A stretch of DNA of 64,000 bases from a virus (taxonomy: Duplodnaviria > Caudoviricetes). The position numbers and the translations under genes were made by a program. The notes beneath the pieces are model-generated. The model made no database searches and was not told the DNA's origin. It saw nothing but the letters and a program-made list of their open reading frames with translations. The stretch is from the IMG/VR virus record IMGVR_UViG_3300025011_000016; one strand, 5' to 3'. Positions 29,243 to 38,844 of this stretch are shown piece by piece; position 1 is the stretch's first letter, and every line of letters begins with the position of its first letter.

Positions 29243-29497
29243 ATGAGTAAACTCACAGATGAAGACATTGATTTAATTGATAAATTTGTTGATATTGCTG
29301 ATAGATCAGTTGAACAAGTTAAGCATTTTAGTGGATATATGAAATTTCAAGGCGAAGAAAATGAAATCGTAACTGATGGTTTAACGATATTACATGATAA
29401 GATTAAGCAAATGAAGAAAGCTAAAACCTTATCTAAACTAAAGGAGGTTTTAAAAGTAAAGAAAGTTCTAAAGAATAAAGATGGTAGTTGGTTATGA
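29243..29497 (+). CDS. hypothetical protein
   Basis: ORF with RBS. Confidence 0.65.
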   Translation: MSKLTDEDIDLIDKFVDIADRSVEQVKHFSGYMKFQGEENEIVTDGLTILHDKIKQMKKAKTLSKLKEVLKVKKVLKNKDGSWL

Positions 29498-29988
29498 AAT
29501 ATTATGTGGTGTTAGAGAAAAACGGTAGTTGTATGGGTTATACCACGGAGAGGGAAATGTTAGATTTATTTATTGAGCAGAGAAATGCATCTAGTTATAA
29601 CATCATAAAATTGGATGATACTAATAAAAAGAATGGGAAACTTATTAAGTCTATTATTGATGTCACAAACGAAATGGGCCTAACTGAAGGTACGATAACG
29701 TTTCCAAGTGAGGAAGAATATTTCTTTGAAAGTTTATCTCAGATGTTTATTGATCTACATATGTCTCTAGAACGATTATGTAAATTATTACAGTATTTTA
29801 ATCTAAATTCAGATGAAGGGGATAAAGTACGAAATAGTCTCGCTATTATACTAAAGACATGTAATACTGTCGATATGTTCTTAACTGGGGCTTATGATGA
29901 AGATGATATGGAAAATGATGAATTGGAATTAACTAACTTTCTGAAAATGGATGTTATGCTTAAGGTGATAATCGATGATCTAAAATAG
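29488..29988 (+). CDS. hypothetical protein (paralogue of 25147 and 30008)
   Basis: YYVV..NG..MGY....L..FIEQR...YNIIKL. Confidence 0.7.
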   Translation: MVMKYYVVLEKNGSCMGYTTEREMLDLFIEQRNASSYNIIKLDDTNKKNGKLIKSIIDVTNEMGLTEGTITFPSEEEYFFESLSQMFIDLHMSLERLCKLLQYFNLNSDEGDKVRNSLAIILKTCNTVDMFLTGAYDEDDMENDELELTNFLKMDVMLKVIIDDLK

Positions 29989-30007
29989 TTAAAAGGATGA
30001 TGATTAA

Positions 30008-30457
30008 ATGAGTAATCATATTATCTTTGATATTAATGGGAAATTCAAAGGCTATTCAGATAACCCTAAATGGTTAAAGTTATTCTTGAATCAGAGAAAA
30101 GATAAGTATAATGTATGTAAATTACATAAGAATAAATTACATCCAGAGTTAAGAAATGAAATTTTAGAAGATTGGAATAAAATTACAGCTTTAAAAATAT
30201 CAGGAGAAACTTTAATTGTAACATGTGCTGAAGGAGTTGAGTTTTTAAAATTTATTGATGAAGAAACTGAAATTCTTAAATATAATATTGATACTGTATT
30301 GAATATATTACCAGTTATTAAACTTACAGATAAAGAAAGAGTTATCATAGAGGAATGTCTTAGTATTATTGATATAGGTATTGATAATTATAACGAGTTA
30401 GGAGATGATTCTGATATATTAGATAAGTTCAAGTTATTTAAGAAATTCATAGAATGA
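30008..30457 (+). CDS. hypothetical protein (paralogue of 25147 and 29488)
   Basis: HIIF..NG..KGY....L..FLNQR..YNVCKL. Confidence 0.7.
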   Translation: MSNHIIFDINGKFKGYSDNPKWLKLFLNQRKDKYNVCKLHKNKLHPELRNEILEDWNKITALKISGETLIVTCAEGVEFLKFIDEETEILKYNIDTVLNILPVIKLTDKERVIIEECLSIIDIGIDNYNELGDDSDILDKFKLFKKFIE

Positions 30458-30477
30458 TAACACTCTACTCCATATAA

Positions 30478-30489
30478 AACATTATATTA
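30478..30489 (+). promoter_or_regulatory. AACA-N6-TA late-promoter-like motif
   Basis: AACA ttatat TA, about 27 nt before ATG 30516. Confidence 0.45.
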
Positions 30490-30515
30490 AAAATAATGAT
30501 ATATGGGGTGATAGA

Positions 30516-31175
30516 ATGAGACTTCCTAAAGTTGAAACATTTGATATCAGGAAGATTATTGAATTAAAACAGATTAACAAACTCCCGAAAGCTGAAAAGA
30601 GTATTTTAATAATGACTGATAAAGAAAAGGTCAAATTGATAAAAACTGTTGAGAAAGTAGTCAGAGGATCTATTGAGTATAAGCAATATATTCATTATTT
30701 ACGAGATGAAATTGATATGAATCTATGTTCCTTCTTCAATAATATAACTAATAAGGATGGTGACAAAGTATCGATAGAAATTCATCATGAACCCTTTACA
30801 CTATTTGATATAACTCAAATAGTTGTTGAAAAGTGTATGTCTAATGAAGTAGTTATCAATCCGTTATTATTAGCAGAAGAGGTTATGAAATTACATTATC
30901 AAAATAAAGTAGGATTAATTCCATTGTCAGTAACTGTACATCAATTAGTTACAGTTGGCAAATTATTCATTCCTCTTCAGAATGTATATGGAGATTTCAT
31001 ATCTTTCTTAGAAGAGTACGATAAATATATTACTGAAGATATTAAAGATATATTAGAATGTAAATTGAAAATGTCTAGAGAGTTAACTGAACTTGATTTA
31101 TCTAAATTAGAGAAAAAGTATATCTATTTGGAGATTGATGGAATGACATTTCCTCAACCTTTGGATATAGAATAA
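30516..31175 (+). CDS. HNH-like fold protein (paralogue of 38837..39493)
   Basis: C...IEIHHEPFTLFD...N...PLSVTVHQ. Confidence 0.5.
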   Translation: MRLPKVETFDIRKIIELKQINKLPKAEKSILIMTDKEKVKLIKTVEKVVRGSIEYKQYIHYLRDEIDMNLCSFFNNITNKDGDKVSIEIHHEPFTLFDITQIVVEKCMSNEVVINPLLLAEEVMKLHYQNKVGLIPLSVTVHQLVTVGKLFIPLQNVYGDFISFLEEYDKYITEDIKDILECKLKMSRELTELDLSKLEKKYIYLEIDGMTFPQPLDIE

Positions 31176-31198
31176 AAAGTAAAGAGGAGTGGGAATTT

Positions 31199-31939
31199 AT
31201 GATTCTAAGTGGTAAGCAAATAATTGAAGAGGTTAGAGAAGGTAATATTTTCATCACGGATTTTGATGAGACACATATTAATCCAAACAGTTATAATTTG
31301 AAATTACATAATAAATTACTTATTTATACTGAACCTGTATTGGATATGAAAAAGAATAATCCTACTAGAGAACTTATAATACCTCCTGAGGGTTTAGTTC
31401 TTAAACCTGGAGAATTATACCTTGGTAGAACGGTTGAGTATACAGAAACCATTGGGTTTGTCCCAAAACTTGATGGGCGCAGCTCGATTGGTAGACTTGG
31501 GGTGTTTACCCATGTTACTGCAGGATTTGGAGATAATGGCTTCAAAGGTTATTGGACATTAGAGATTAAGGCTGTTAAACCAATAAGAGTGTACGCTGAT
31601 GTTGAATTTGTTCAAATCTATTATAATACCTTAAAAGGAGAACTTACTGAATATAAAAATGGTAAGTATCAGAGTAATGATGGTGTGCAATCAAGTATGT
31701 TATATAAAGATTTTCATGAAGATATACATGAAGAAGCTACAGAAAATACAATATTTGTTACTGAGTTAAAGGTAGGAGATATGCTCATTGAATCCTCTAT
31801 AACACCAACCCCTCAAGTTGTAACACGTATTGATATAGATCCAAGTATTGGAATGTATTATGTCTTTATTGGAAATTTACGTATTCCAATTGGAAGGCAT
31901 CAAACTGTAACTATACGTGAATATTATATGAGAGGATAA
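31199..31939 (+). CDS. dcd: dCTP deaminase with C-terminal extension
   Basis: MILSGKQI, INPNSYNL, DGRSSIGRLG, GFKGYWTLEI. Confidence 0.9.
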   Translation: MILSGKQIIEEVREGNIFITDFDETHINPNSYNLKLHNKLLIYTEPVLDMKKNNPTRELIIPPEGLVLKPGELYLGRTVEYTETIGFVPKLDGRSSIGRLGVFTHVTAGFGDNGFKGYWTLEIKAVKPIRVYADVEFVQIYYNTLKGELTEYKNGKYQSNDGVQSSMLYKDFHEDIHEEATENTIFVTELKVGDMLIESSITPTPQVVTRIDIDPSIGMYYVFIGNLRIPIGRHQTVTIREYYMRG

Positions 31940-31948
31940 TTTATAATT

Positions 31949-32466
31949 ATGAATTATTCATATACTGGAATTGGTTCTAGAGAAACTCCATCAGATATAA
32001 CATGCCTATTTGAAAAAATAGGCATGTTTTTAGCGAATAAAGGTTTTATACTAAGATCAGGCCATGCTCAGGGAGCTGATATTGCATTTGAAAAGGGATG
32101 TGATAAACTTAATGGGATAAAAGAGATATATTTGCCATGGAAAAATTTTGAGAATTCTGATTCTAATTTAATTGTTAAGGATATTAAAGCTTTTGAATTA
32201 GCAAAGAAAGTTCATCCTAATTGGGATAGATTATCTGACGGCGTTAAAAAGTTGCAAGCAAGAAATACTCATCAAGTTTTAGGAATGGATTTAAATAATC
32301 CATCTAAATTTATTCTCTGTTGGACTAAAGATGGTAAAGGTAAAGGTGTGGTACTGGCCAAGCCATTAGAATTGCCAAGTTATATAATATCCCAGTTTTT
32401 GATGCTGGTATTTATTTGGGTATTGAAAATATTAAATTAGGATTAAAAACCTTTTTATCAAAATAG
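31949..32466 (+). pseudogene. SLOG/DprA-like protein with 1-nt frameshift near 32348
   Basis: YTGIGSRETP, LRSGHAQGAD; family-typical GGTGQAIRIAKLYNIPVF lies in the other frame and ends at TAG 32464-66. Confidence 0.7.
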
Positions 32467-32470
32467 GGGA

Positions 32471-33184
32471 GTGGTATTTATGTTATGTGAGAACTGTGGT
32501 ACAAAACCTATAGCTCGGGGAATAAAAGAAATTGATTGTTTCATTTGCAGTAAAACTAAATTTATACCCGTTAATTATAAAAATATTTGTAATGACTGTT
32601 CTGACAGTTTACACTTATGTCAGAATTGTGGTGCTAATGATCATGTAAAATCGAAAGTGAACGCCTACGATTACTATATGAATGAAATTATATCTATTGC
32701 TAGACATTCTGAAACTAAGGATGATTTGATAATATCTAAAGATATTAATGGTAATTATTGGGTAGTTCCGTCAGTAGTGTGGAAAGATAAGAAAATATTG
32801 GACAATATGACCCCTACTATTGATAATAATTATGTATTTGGAACATCTATTGAGCTTGGTAAATTGTATACCCATTATAAAAAAGGAGATGAATATGAAG
32901 CTCAAATTCTTGCCCGACACGTGCTTACACAATCGGAATATATCATATACCAGGCTAAGTATGGTGATAAATTTATATGGGCCCGCCCTTTACCAATGTG
33001 GGGTGTGATGATCCCGGAGAATGATATAACTGAATTTGGTCAAAAGATACGATTTAAATTAAAAATTATTGATGAAGTTAAATCTATGAAACAGTGTATC
33101 ACTTCGAAACAATTGAAAGAACTAACACCTAATCAATTTAGGAAACTATGTACATTAATTTGGAGATGGGTATCATTCGTGTGA
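32471..33184 (+). CDS. Zn-finger plus DUF1653-like domain protein
   Basis: Four CxxC pairs; GKLYTHYKKG..Y...ARH..T....IIYQAKYG..IWARP. Confidence 0.7.
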   Translation: MVFMLCENCGTKPIARGIKEIDCFICSKTKFIPVNYKNICNDCSDSLHLCQNCGANDHVKSKVNAYDYYMNEIISIARHSETKDDLIISKDINGNYWVVPSVVWKDKKILDNMTPTIDNNYVFGTSIELGKLYTHYKKGDEYEAQILARHVLTQSEYIIYQAKYGDKFIWARPLPMWGVMIPENDITEFGQKIRFKLKIIDEVKSMKQCITSKQLKELTPNQFRKLCTLIWRWVSFV

Positions 33185-33230
33185 TCATGATAAAAAAATA
33201 TTAGATAATTTTCAAAAGGAGCATTCAACA

Positions 33231-33458
33231 TTGTATTTTCCAATATTAGAAAAAACTAATATTGGAAAATGTATTGAGATATTAGGATCAATAGAAATAC
33301 GAAATCGCTTACCTGTTATTAAACGAATTCATGAAGATGGGAAAGAGTATATTAAAATTGTGGTAGATACCAATAAAGGTGTTATTACCACAGATCAGTA
33401 TTATGAATCTCATGAACTCATTGATGCTTTATGGGAACTTATTAAATTAATACTGTAA
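33231..33458 (+). CDS. hypothetical protein
   Basis: TTG start with AAGGAG RBS. Confidence 0.55.
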   Translation: MYFPILEKTNIGKCIEILGSIEIRNRLPVIKRIHEDGKEYIKIVVDTNKGVITTDQYYESHELIDALWELIKLIL

Positions 33459-33469
33459 ATTATTAAGGG

Positions 33470-34072
33470 GTGATTTATATTAAAGACCGAATAGGTAATT
33501 ATTTCGAAACCTATACGGGAAAGAAATTCTATCCTTTAGATCCAAAACCAGAAGAAATTGATATAAGAGATATTGCCCACGCATTATCTCTTATATGTAA
33601 ATTCGGAGGTCATTGTCCTAAGTTTTATAGTATAGCTCAACATTCAATTTATTTATCAACTGAATTACGTAAATTAGGTTATAACTCTACTATGCAATTA
33701 TATGGTTTATTATACAATGCATCAGAAACTTATGTGGGAAGTATACCTAGATCAGTAAAGATTTCTCTTAGTGGTTATTTATTCACTGAGAAAAATATCC
33801 AAAATGCAATTTGGAGAACTTTTAAATTATATATACCTACTGAAAAAGATCATGTTATTATTAAAGAAGTTATTAATAATCTATTAATCCATGAGCGAGA
33901 ACAGCTCATGGGAAATTTTAATGATTGGAAAAGGAAAGTGTATACTAAGTTAGATTTCAAAATAAATATTATGCCTAATTATGAAGTTGAAAAAGCATTT
34001 ATTGATTTATATTGTGAACTTAGATTTCCGTTACTTAAGAAAAGTGATTATAAAGAAGGAGTGTTTAATTAA
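33470..34072 (+). CDS. YfbR-like HD-domain protein with degenerate HD motif
   Basis: DIAHALS.IC.FGGH...YSIAQHS; LLYNASETY in place of LLHDAxEAY. Confidence 0.75.
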   Translation: MIYIKDRIGNYFETYTGKKFYPLDPKPEEIDIRDIAHALSLICKFGGHCPKFYSIAQHSIYLSTELRKLGYNSTMQLYGLLYNASETYVGSIPRSVKISLSGYLFTEKNIQNAIWRTFKLYIPTEKDHVIIKEVINNLLIHEREQLMGNFNDWKRKVYTKLDFKINIMPNYEVEKAFIDLYCELRFPLLKKSDYKEGVFN

Positions 34073-34251
34073 TGAAAGAAGTTAGAATAGTTGCCGGTGA
34101 GGTAGATAACCTAGTTGAACTATTAAAGTCATTACCATCACATAAAAAGACTGAGGTTGGAATTCATACTGCCAATATAAATGGGTTCCACATTCATTTG
34201 GTTGAAGGTAGTAATAAAGGTGGAGGTTTAATGCGTATTACTAAGAAATAA
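34072..34251 (+). CDS. small hypothetical protein
   Basis: 59-aa ORF missing from the track, AAGGAG RBS. Confidence 0.45.
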   Translation: MKEVRIVAGEVDNLVELLKSLPSHKKTEVGIHTANINGFHIHLVEGSNKGGGLMRITKK

Positions 34252-34340
34252 TTTTTATCATAGAAGACATAATATTCTTCTATGATGAAAAATTAAATGT
34301 AAAATTCTTAATGATACAATATTGTTTTCATAAACTATTT

Positions 34341-34383
34341 AAATCTAGGTGTTATATACAATTATAATATAACACCTAGATTT
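34341..34383. repeat. 17-bp perfect inverted repeat
   Basis: aaatctaggtgttatat/atataacacctagattt. Confidence 0.8.
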
Positions 34384-34388
34384 GAAAT

Positions 34389-34398
34389 TATATATTAT
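34389..34398 (+). promoter_or_regulatory. Putative early promoter motif TATATATTAT
   Basis: Exact 10-mer after hairpin, upstream of 34437. Confidence 0.55.
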
Positions 34399-34436
34399 AA
34401 TTGTATCAACTGAAGATTAAGAGGAGGATTTTATAT

Positions 34437-35375
34437 ATGATTATACAAGGACAACCTGAGTTAAATTTGACTGAAGTATTTGTTACAGATTTTGGAGATA
34501 GTTATCATAAGTTAGCAACAGATCCATCTTCTGAATTAGAAAAAGATGCACGTAAAATTCGGCGACGATATAGAAGTGTTGCCGAGTATATGAGAGCTTT
34601 GTCCATATATAATGAGTATATGGAATGGTTGGTCCAGAAACATGGTGGTGGTCAATTGTTCGGTATAAAGAACAAATATGAACTCATTGAAGACTTTGTT
34701 CCCCCTAAACCAAGAATGCGTAATACCGTAATGAATAAGTATATTCTCAAGAATCGTATTTTATTAAGCAATATGAAACATTCTACACCATTAGATTCAA
34801 TTGAAGAATTCATTGATAGGACAGTTGTTATCGATAAAGATGTTGAATTCACAACTGTTAAAATGACAGATAAAGTTGCCCTTCGGATGTTAAAAGAAGA
34901 AGGTAATAACTTATCAGCAAAAGAGATTAAAGAGATAACTAACATTGATTATCTAGAAGAGTATTTCAAAACTAAAAATGTTATGAAGGAGAAGAAAGAA
35001 AAAGAGGTTAATATATCATTAAGAGAAATACTTAGTGGTGCATATGTTGATAAGATCAAAGATACCACTGAAGAAGATACTATTATATGGTATAAGGGTA
35101 ATTACATGAATCGGGAAACTGTTAATGAATTACAAGTATATCAAGATTTAAATGATAGTGGTTGGAACTCAATGAGATTGATGAAACATAAAAATGTTAG
35201 TAAACGTGTTACTAGAGTTATGCAAGACAAAGATCGTAGATCTAAGAAGAAAGGTAAGAAGAATAAAAAGAATGATGATTTCATAGTTAAAATTGTAACC
35301 GATAATGACTATGATACATTTAAAGATTTTGAAGAAGATATGAGAGACTTTACCGCAGGTAATTTATTTAGGTAA
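34437..35375 (+). CDS. hypothetical protein
   Basis: GAGGAGG RBS supports ATG 34437. Confidence 0.75.
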   Translation: MIIQGQPELNLTEVFVTDFGDSYHKLATDPSSELEKDARKIRRRYRSVAEYMRALSIYNEYMEWLVQKHGGGQLFGIKNKYELIEDFVPPKPRMRNTVMNKYILKNRILLSNMKHSTPLDSIEEFIDRTVVIDKDVEFTTVKMTDKVALRMLKEEGNNLSAKEIKEITNIDYLEEYFKTKNVMKEKKEKEVNISLREILSGAYVDKIKDTTEEDTIIWYKGNYMNRETVNELQVYQDLNDSGWNSMRLMKHKNVSKRVTRVMQDKDRRSKKKGKKNKKNDDFIVKIVTDNDYDTFKDFEEDMRDFTAGNLFR

Positions 35376-35415
35376 GCGTGTATTATGTTTCTAAAAAGAT
35401 GAGAGAGGTGTTATT

Positions 35416-36963
35416 ATGACAACCAAAGTAATACGTAGTAGAATTCTTGAACATTTTGAACCGGCTCTATTGAAAGATCTTTATAAAGTTTGTAAATCAA
35501 CTGGAACTTCTGATAATAATATCAAAACGGATATTATGTTAGAAGTACTACATCGTTATAAGAAAGATTTTACAGAATTAGGGCCTGGAACTAATAGGCT
35601 TGCAATTCTTATTGATAACTATGTATTTAAATTAGCCTTGGATAAGGCTGGTACTAGAGATAACATTAGTGAGTTTATAACCAGTGAAGAACTACAACCA
35701 TATGTTATTAAAACGTATGAAACCAATGGCTTAATTGCCGTTAGTGAATATATTACTGTCATATCACGTGAGGAATTTATTGATCGCCGAGAAGAGCTTC
35801 GTAAAATTTTATCTATATTATCTGAAAGTTACTTATTAGGTGACGTTGGTACTGTAGGTAAAAACTTCCTCAACTGGGGCTATCGTAATGACGGAGATTT
35901 GGCAATATTGGACTATGCCTACATTTATAGAATTAATGGTGAGGAAATGACTTGTAGGAATTGCCAATCATTAATTATATATGATGAAAATTATCATAAC
36001 TTATTATGTCCTAATTGTCATAGGAAGTATACTTTCACTGACATCAGAAGGCGCATTCCAATGGCTGTCGAAGAGAAGGATAATTTTATGGCCATGTCGT
36101 TAGCATATAAGCTAATAGAGCCATTACAAACATTCAATGATAGTCTTGAAGAAGATAATTCTTCTTCTGAAAATAAAAAGGAGGTCTATGAAATGGGTAA
36201 AGGTTTTGGTAAATTTGATGATTCGGATGAAATGCCGGGTATTGATGATTATCTCAAAGTATTAGAAAAGTTTAATGCCAACAAGAAATCGCAAGTTATT
36301 AATCCACCGGTAATCGATGGTGAGTTAAATGAAGATAATGTTCTTCAAACGGCTCAAATGTTGGTTGATCCAGATGAGACACTATTTGAGGAAGAATCTG
36401 AGGGTACTAATACAGTTACCAATGAATTTTTCCATATTGATAGGGAGATGTCTAATGATCCTGAATGTATCGATGAAACCACTGGTGAAGGTAACTGGCC
36501 ACAATGTTGTGGAAATGAATGTGCTGATACTCCAGTTGTAGTAGAACAGGAGTTTATAGTACTGAATGCTCACAATGCTACAGTCGGAGTGGATATGTGT
36601 GTGGATGGGAAGGACACTACCGTGTTGGTATCAGCCGATACTGATACTGGAAACGTTGAATCGATTCAAGTTATACAAACTTCTTCAGATATGCATGAAT
36701 ATATGTCCCAATTACCATCTAACATTAATATGGATATAGTAGATACTAGTTTAGTTTTGAACGTCGAACTGGAACAAGGTCCTCAGACAATTGATTTGAG
36801 GACCGACACCCCAGATGTAGCAAATTCAGTTCAGAATATGAGAGATTTGCTACGAATGGATATTGGCGATACTGGTCTTTCAGATGCAGAAAAAGACCAG
36901 TATGATAAAATGTTTGAAAAAGCTGGTCAGGATAGTCGGATTCATAGAGGAGGACATAAATAA
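35416..36963 (+). CDS. protein-kinase-like fold protein with Zn ribbon and acidic tail
   Basis: LGPGTNR, VFKLA, DNISE, LGDV..KN..NWG, ILDYAY; then CRNC..CPNC. Confidence 0.6.
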   Translation: MTTKVIRSRILEHFEPALLKDLYKVCKSTGTSDNNIKTDIMLEVLHRYKKDFTELGPGTNRLAILIDNYVFKLALDKAGTRDNISEFITSEELQPYVIKTYETNGLIAVSEYITVISREEFIDRREELRKILSILSESYLLGDVGTVGKNFLNWGYRNDGDLAILDYAYIYRINGEEMTCRNCQSLIIYDENYHNLLCPNCHRKYTFTDIRRRIPMAVEEKDNFMAMSLAYKLIEPLQTFNDSLEEDNSSSENKKEVYEMGKGFGKFDDSDEMPGIDDYLKVLEKFNANKKSQVINPPVIDGELNEDNVLQTAQMLVDPDETLFEEESEGTNTVTNEFFHIDREMSNDPECIDETTGEGNWPQCCGNECADTPVVVEQEFIVLNAHNATVGVDMCVDGKDTTVLVSADTDTGNVESIQVIQTSSDMHEYMSQLPSNINMDIVDTSLVLNVELEQGPQTIDLRTDTPDVANSVQNMRDLLRMDIGDTGLSDAEKDQYDKMFEKAGQDSRIHRGGHK

Positions 36964-36964
36964 T

Positions 36965-37621
36965 ATGGGGTGTGTAATCAGAATGAATTCTGAGGAGTTT
37001 ATTGCAGACTTCTTAAAAGAATTCAATCCAGATGATTTTCAGTTCATATTGATATCTGAAAATATCACTACAAAGAGGCGGTATAAAAATGTTATGCCTA
37101 TAAAGGCATTGATACCTCCACCTAATGTAGCCCAGATATTTATCAACGACGGTATGTGTAAATCATATGAGTCCAAGTATTTTGATTATCTCAAGAAGAA
37201 AGACGTTGAAGCTTTAATTACGATTATTGCTAAGTCGGCTTTATCTGGTATGAACCTAGTTCTTATTTGTTCAAAATCGGAAGATGATTTTAAATATCTA
37301 AAGATCATTTGTCAATTCATTGAAGAAGAGTATAGATTAAAAACATATACTCTCAAACGATTTATGAATGATCCACGTAAAGCCTCTAAGATTAAAAACG
37401 ATAGAGAGGTAACTTCCATCTTGATGAAGAAGATGGAGAAACTTCATGAAAATGTGAGTGAGATAAATCCCAATATAAATGAAGATAGTTTTATTAAGAA
37501 ACTGAAGAAATTTAGTAAAAAGGAGCTTACGAGTTATTGTAAAAATCGGATCAAGATCAAATCTAATATGTCGAAGAGAAAGATCCGTAAGAAGATAATC
37601 GACAAGTTATTTAACAACTAG
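36965..37621 (+). CDS. hypothetical protein
   Basis: GAGGAGG RBS supports ATG 36965. Confidence 0.7.
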   Translation: MGCVIRMNSEEFIADFLKEFNPDDFQFILISENITTKRRYKNVMPIKALIPPPNVAQIFINDGMCKSYESKYFDYLKKKDVEALITIIAKSALSGMNLVLICSKSEDDFKYLKIICQFIEEEYRLKTYTLKRFMNDPRKASKIKNDREVTSILMKKMEKLHENVSEINPNINEDSFIKKLKKFSKKELTSYCKNRIKIKSNMSKRKIRKKIIDKLFNN

Positions 37622-37630
37622 ACTTAACAA

Positions 37631-37670
37631 TGTCGTTATGTGAGTTTATTTCTAAACTCACATAACGACA
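37631..37670. repeat. 18-bp perfect inverted repeat without U-tail
   Basis: tgtcgttatgtgagttta tttc taaactcacataacgaca. Confidence 0.85.
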
Positions 37671-37689
37671 TATGGAAAGGTGGTATTAT

Positions 37690-38442
37690 ATGTTATATAA
37701 TAGACATAACTACTTAAATAAGAATATTGAATTTCTAGTATCTAATGAGATAATTGAATATGATATGCAATCGGCAGGTTTCAATATATTAAAGTATTAT
37801 AAATTAGTTAGTGATGATAAATTAAATTTTTTAGAATCTCTTGGTAAGAAAGAAAGACATGTTCAAATCGGATTGTATCAAAGGGCTGATAAAGTATTAG
37901 CTAGACAACTTAATGACAAATTTATTGAAACACGTAAATGGTTCTTTGAACAAAATGAGTTAATTGATGAAGATATTTTATCTATAAAGAAAGATGCAGT
38001 CATTACTTTCAAACGATGTTTAGTAACAGAACTAGATAATATTAAGTTTATTGAAAAGAATATATATACATCATATTACTATTTAAATAAATTGGAATTT
38101 TATTATAACAATAATGTCATTCATGTCAAAGGTATTAATGATGATTTGTTGAAATTACATTCAGAGTATATGCTAGACTTTTTACATATGTTTTTTCGAA
38201 TGAATGAAACTATTAAGGTTAAAAAGATCATTGAGTATTTAAAAGAGTTTTCACATTATTATAAAAATAGACATCTTGAAATTGGTTATTATAGAGAGTT
38301 GAATAAACAATCATTATTTAAATTAAATGATAGTCTATTTAATTCCCCATTAGGAATACGTGATATTGGTGACGTTGGTGAGATAAATATAGATTATAAT
38401 TATCTAAATTATCTTATTCCTTTGATCGGCATATTAATTTAA
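37690..38442 (+). CDS. hypothetical protein with family-B DNA polymerase palm-like motifs
   Basis: IIEYDMQSAG (motif A-like), ILSIKKDAV (motif C-like); no motif B seen. Confidence 0.4.
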   Translation: MLYNRHNYLNKNIEFLVSNEIIEYDMQSAGFNILKYYKLVSDDKLNFLESLGKKERHVQIGLYQRADKVLARQLNDKFIETRKWFFEQNELIDEDILSIKKDAVITFKRCLVTELDNIKFIEKNIYTSYYYLNKLEFYYNNNVIHVKGINDDLLKLHSEYMLDFLHMFFRMNETIKVKKIIEYLKEFSHYYKNRHLEIGYYRELNKQSLFKLNDSLFNSPLGIRDIGDVGEINIDYNYLNYLIPLIGILI

Positions 38443-38484
38443 AAAAATAAAGACTATGTATTTCTACATAGTCTTTATTTTTTT
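38441..38484. terminator. bidirectional terminator between convergent genes
   Basis: 20-bp arms with A7/T7 ends. Confidence 0.8.
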
Positions 38485-38844
38485 TGTATTTGTGAATTCC
38501 ATTAACATTATTTCAGTATATTTCGCAACATAACCAATTATATATTTACGTGTATAAAAGAATTCTAATTCTTTTATAAGTGAAGGGCTTAATGCATTCA
38601 TTGTCGCTCGGGTGATGTTATCTAATTCTTCTTGAAAGTTATAAAGCATAACAAGATCTTTTAATTCATATTCTAATTTATAACGCATTTCAAATTCACG
38701 TTTCATAGTTCCATTTAATATAAACATACACTCATCATGAGTTAGTCTAAGTTTCGGTTCATTCCAATCGGTTACATGTATAAATAATCGAAATAATAGA
38801 GCTAAGATAATACCAATTTCAATGACCAAAATGTAATTATTCAC
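38464..38844 (-). CDS. hypothetical protein with N-terminal TM helix
   Basis: YILVIEIGIILALLFRLFI. Confidence 0.65.
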   Translation of the reverse strand: MNNYILVIEIGIILALLFRLFIHVTDWNEPKLRLTHDECMFILNGTMKREFEMRYKLEYELKDLVMLYNFQEELDNITRATMNALSPSLIKELEFFYTRKYIIGYVAKYTEIMLMEFTNTKKIKTM

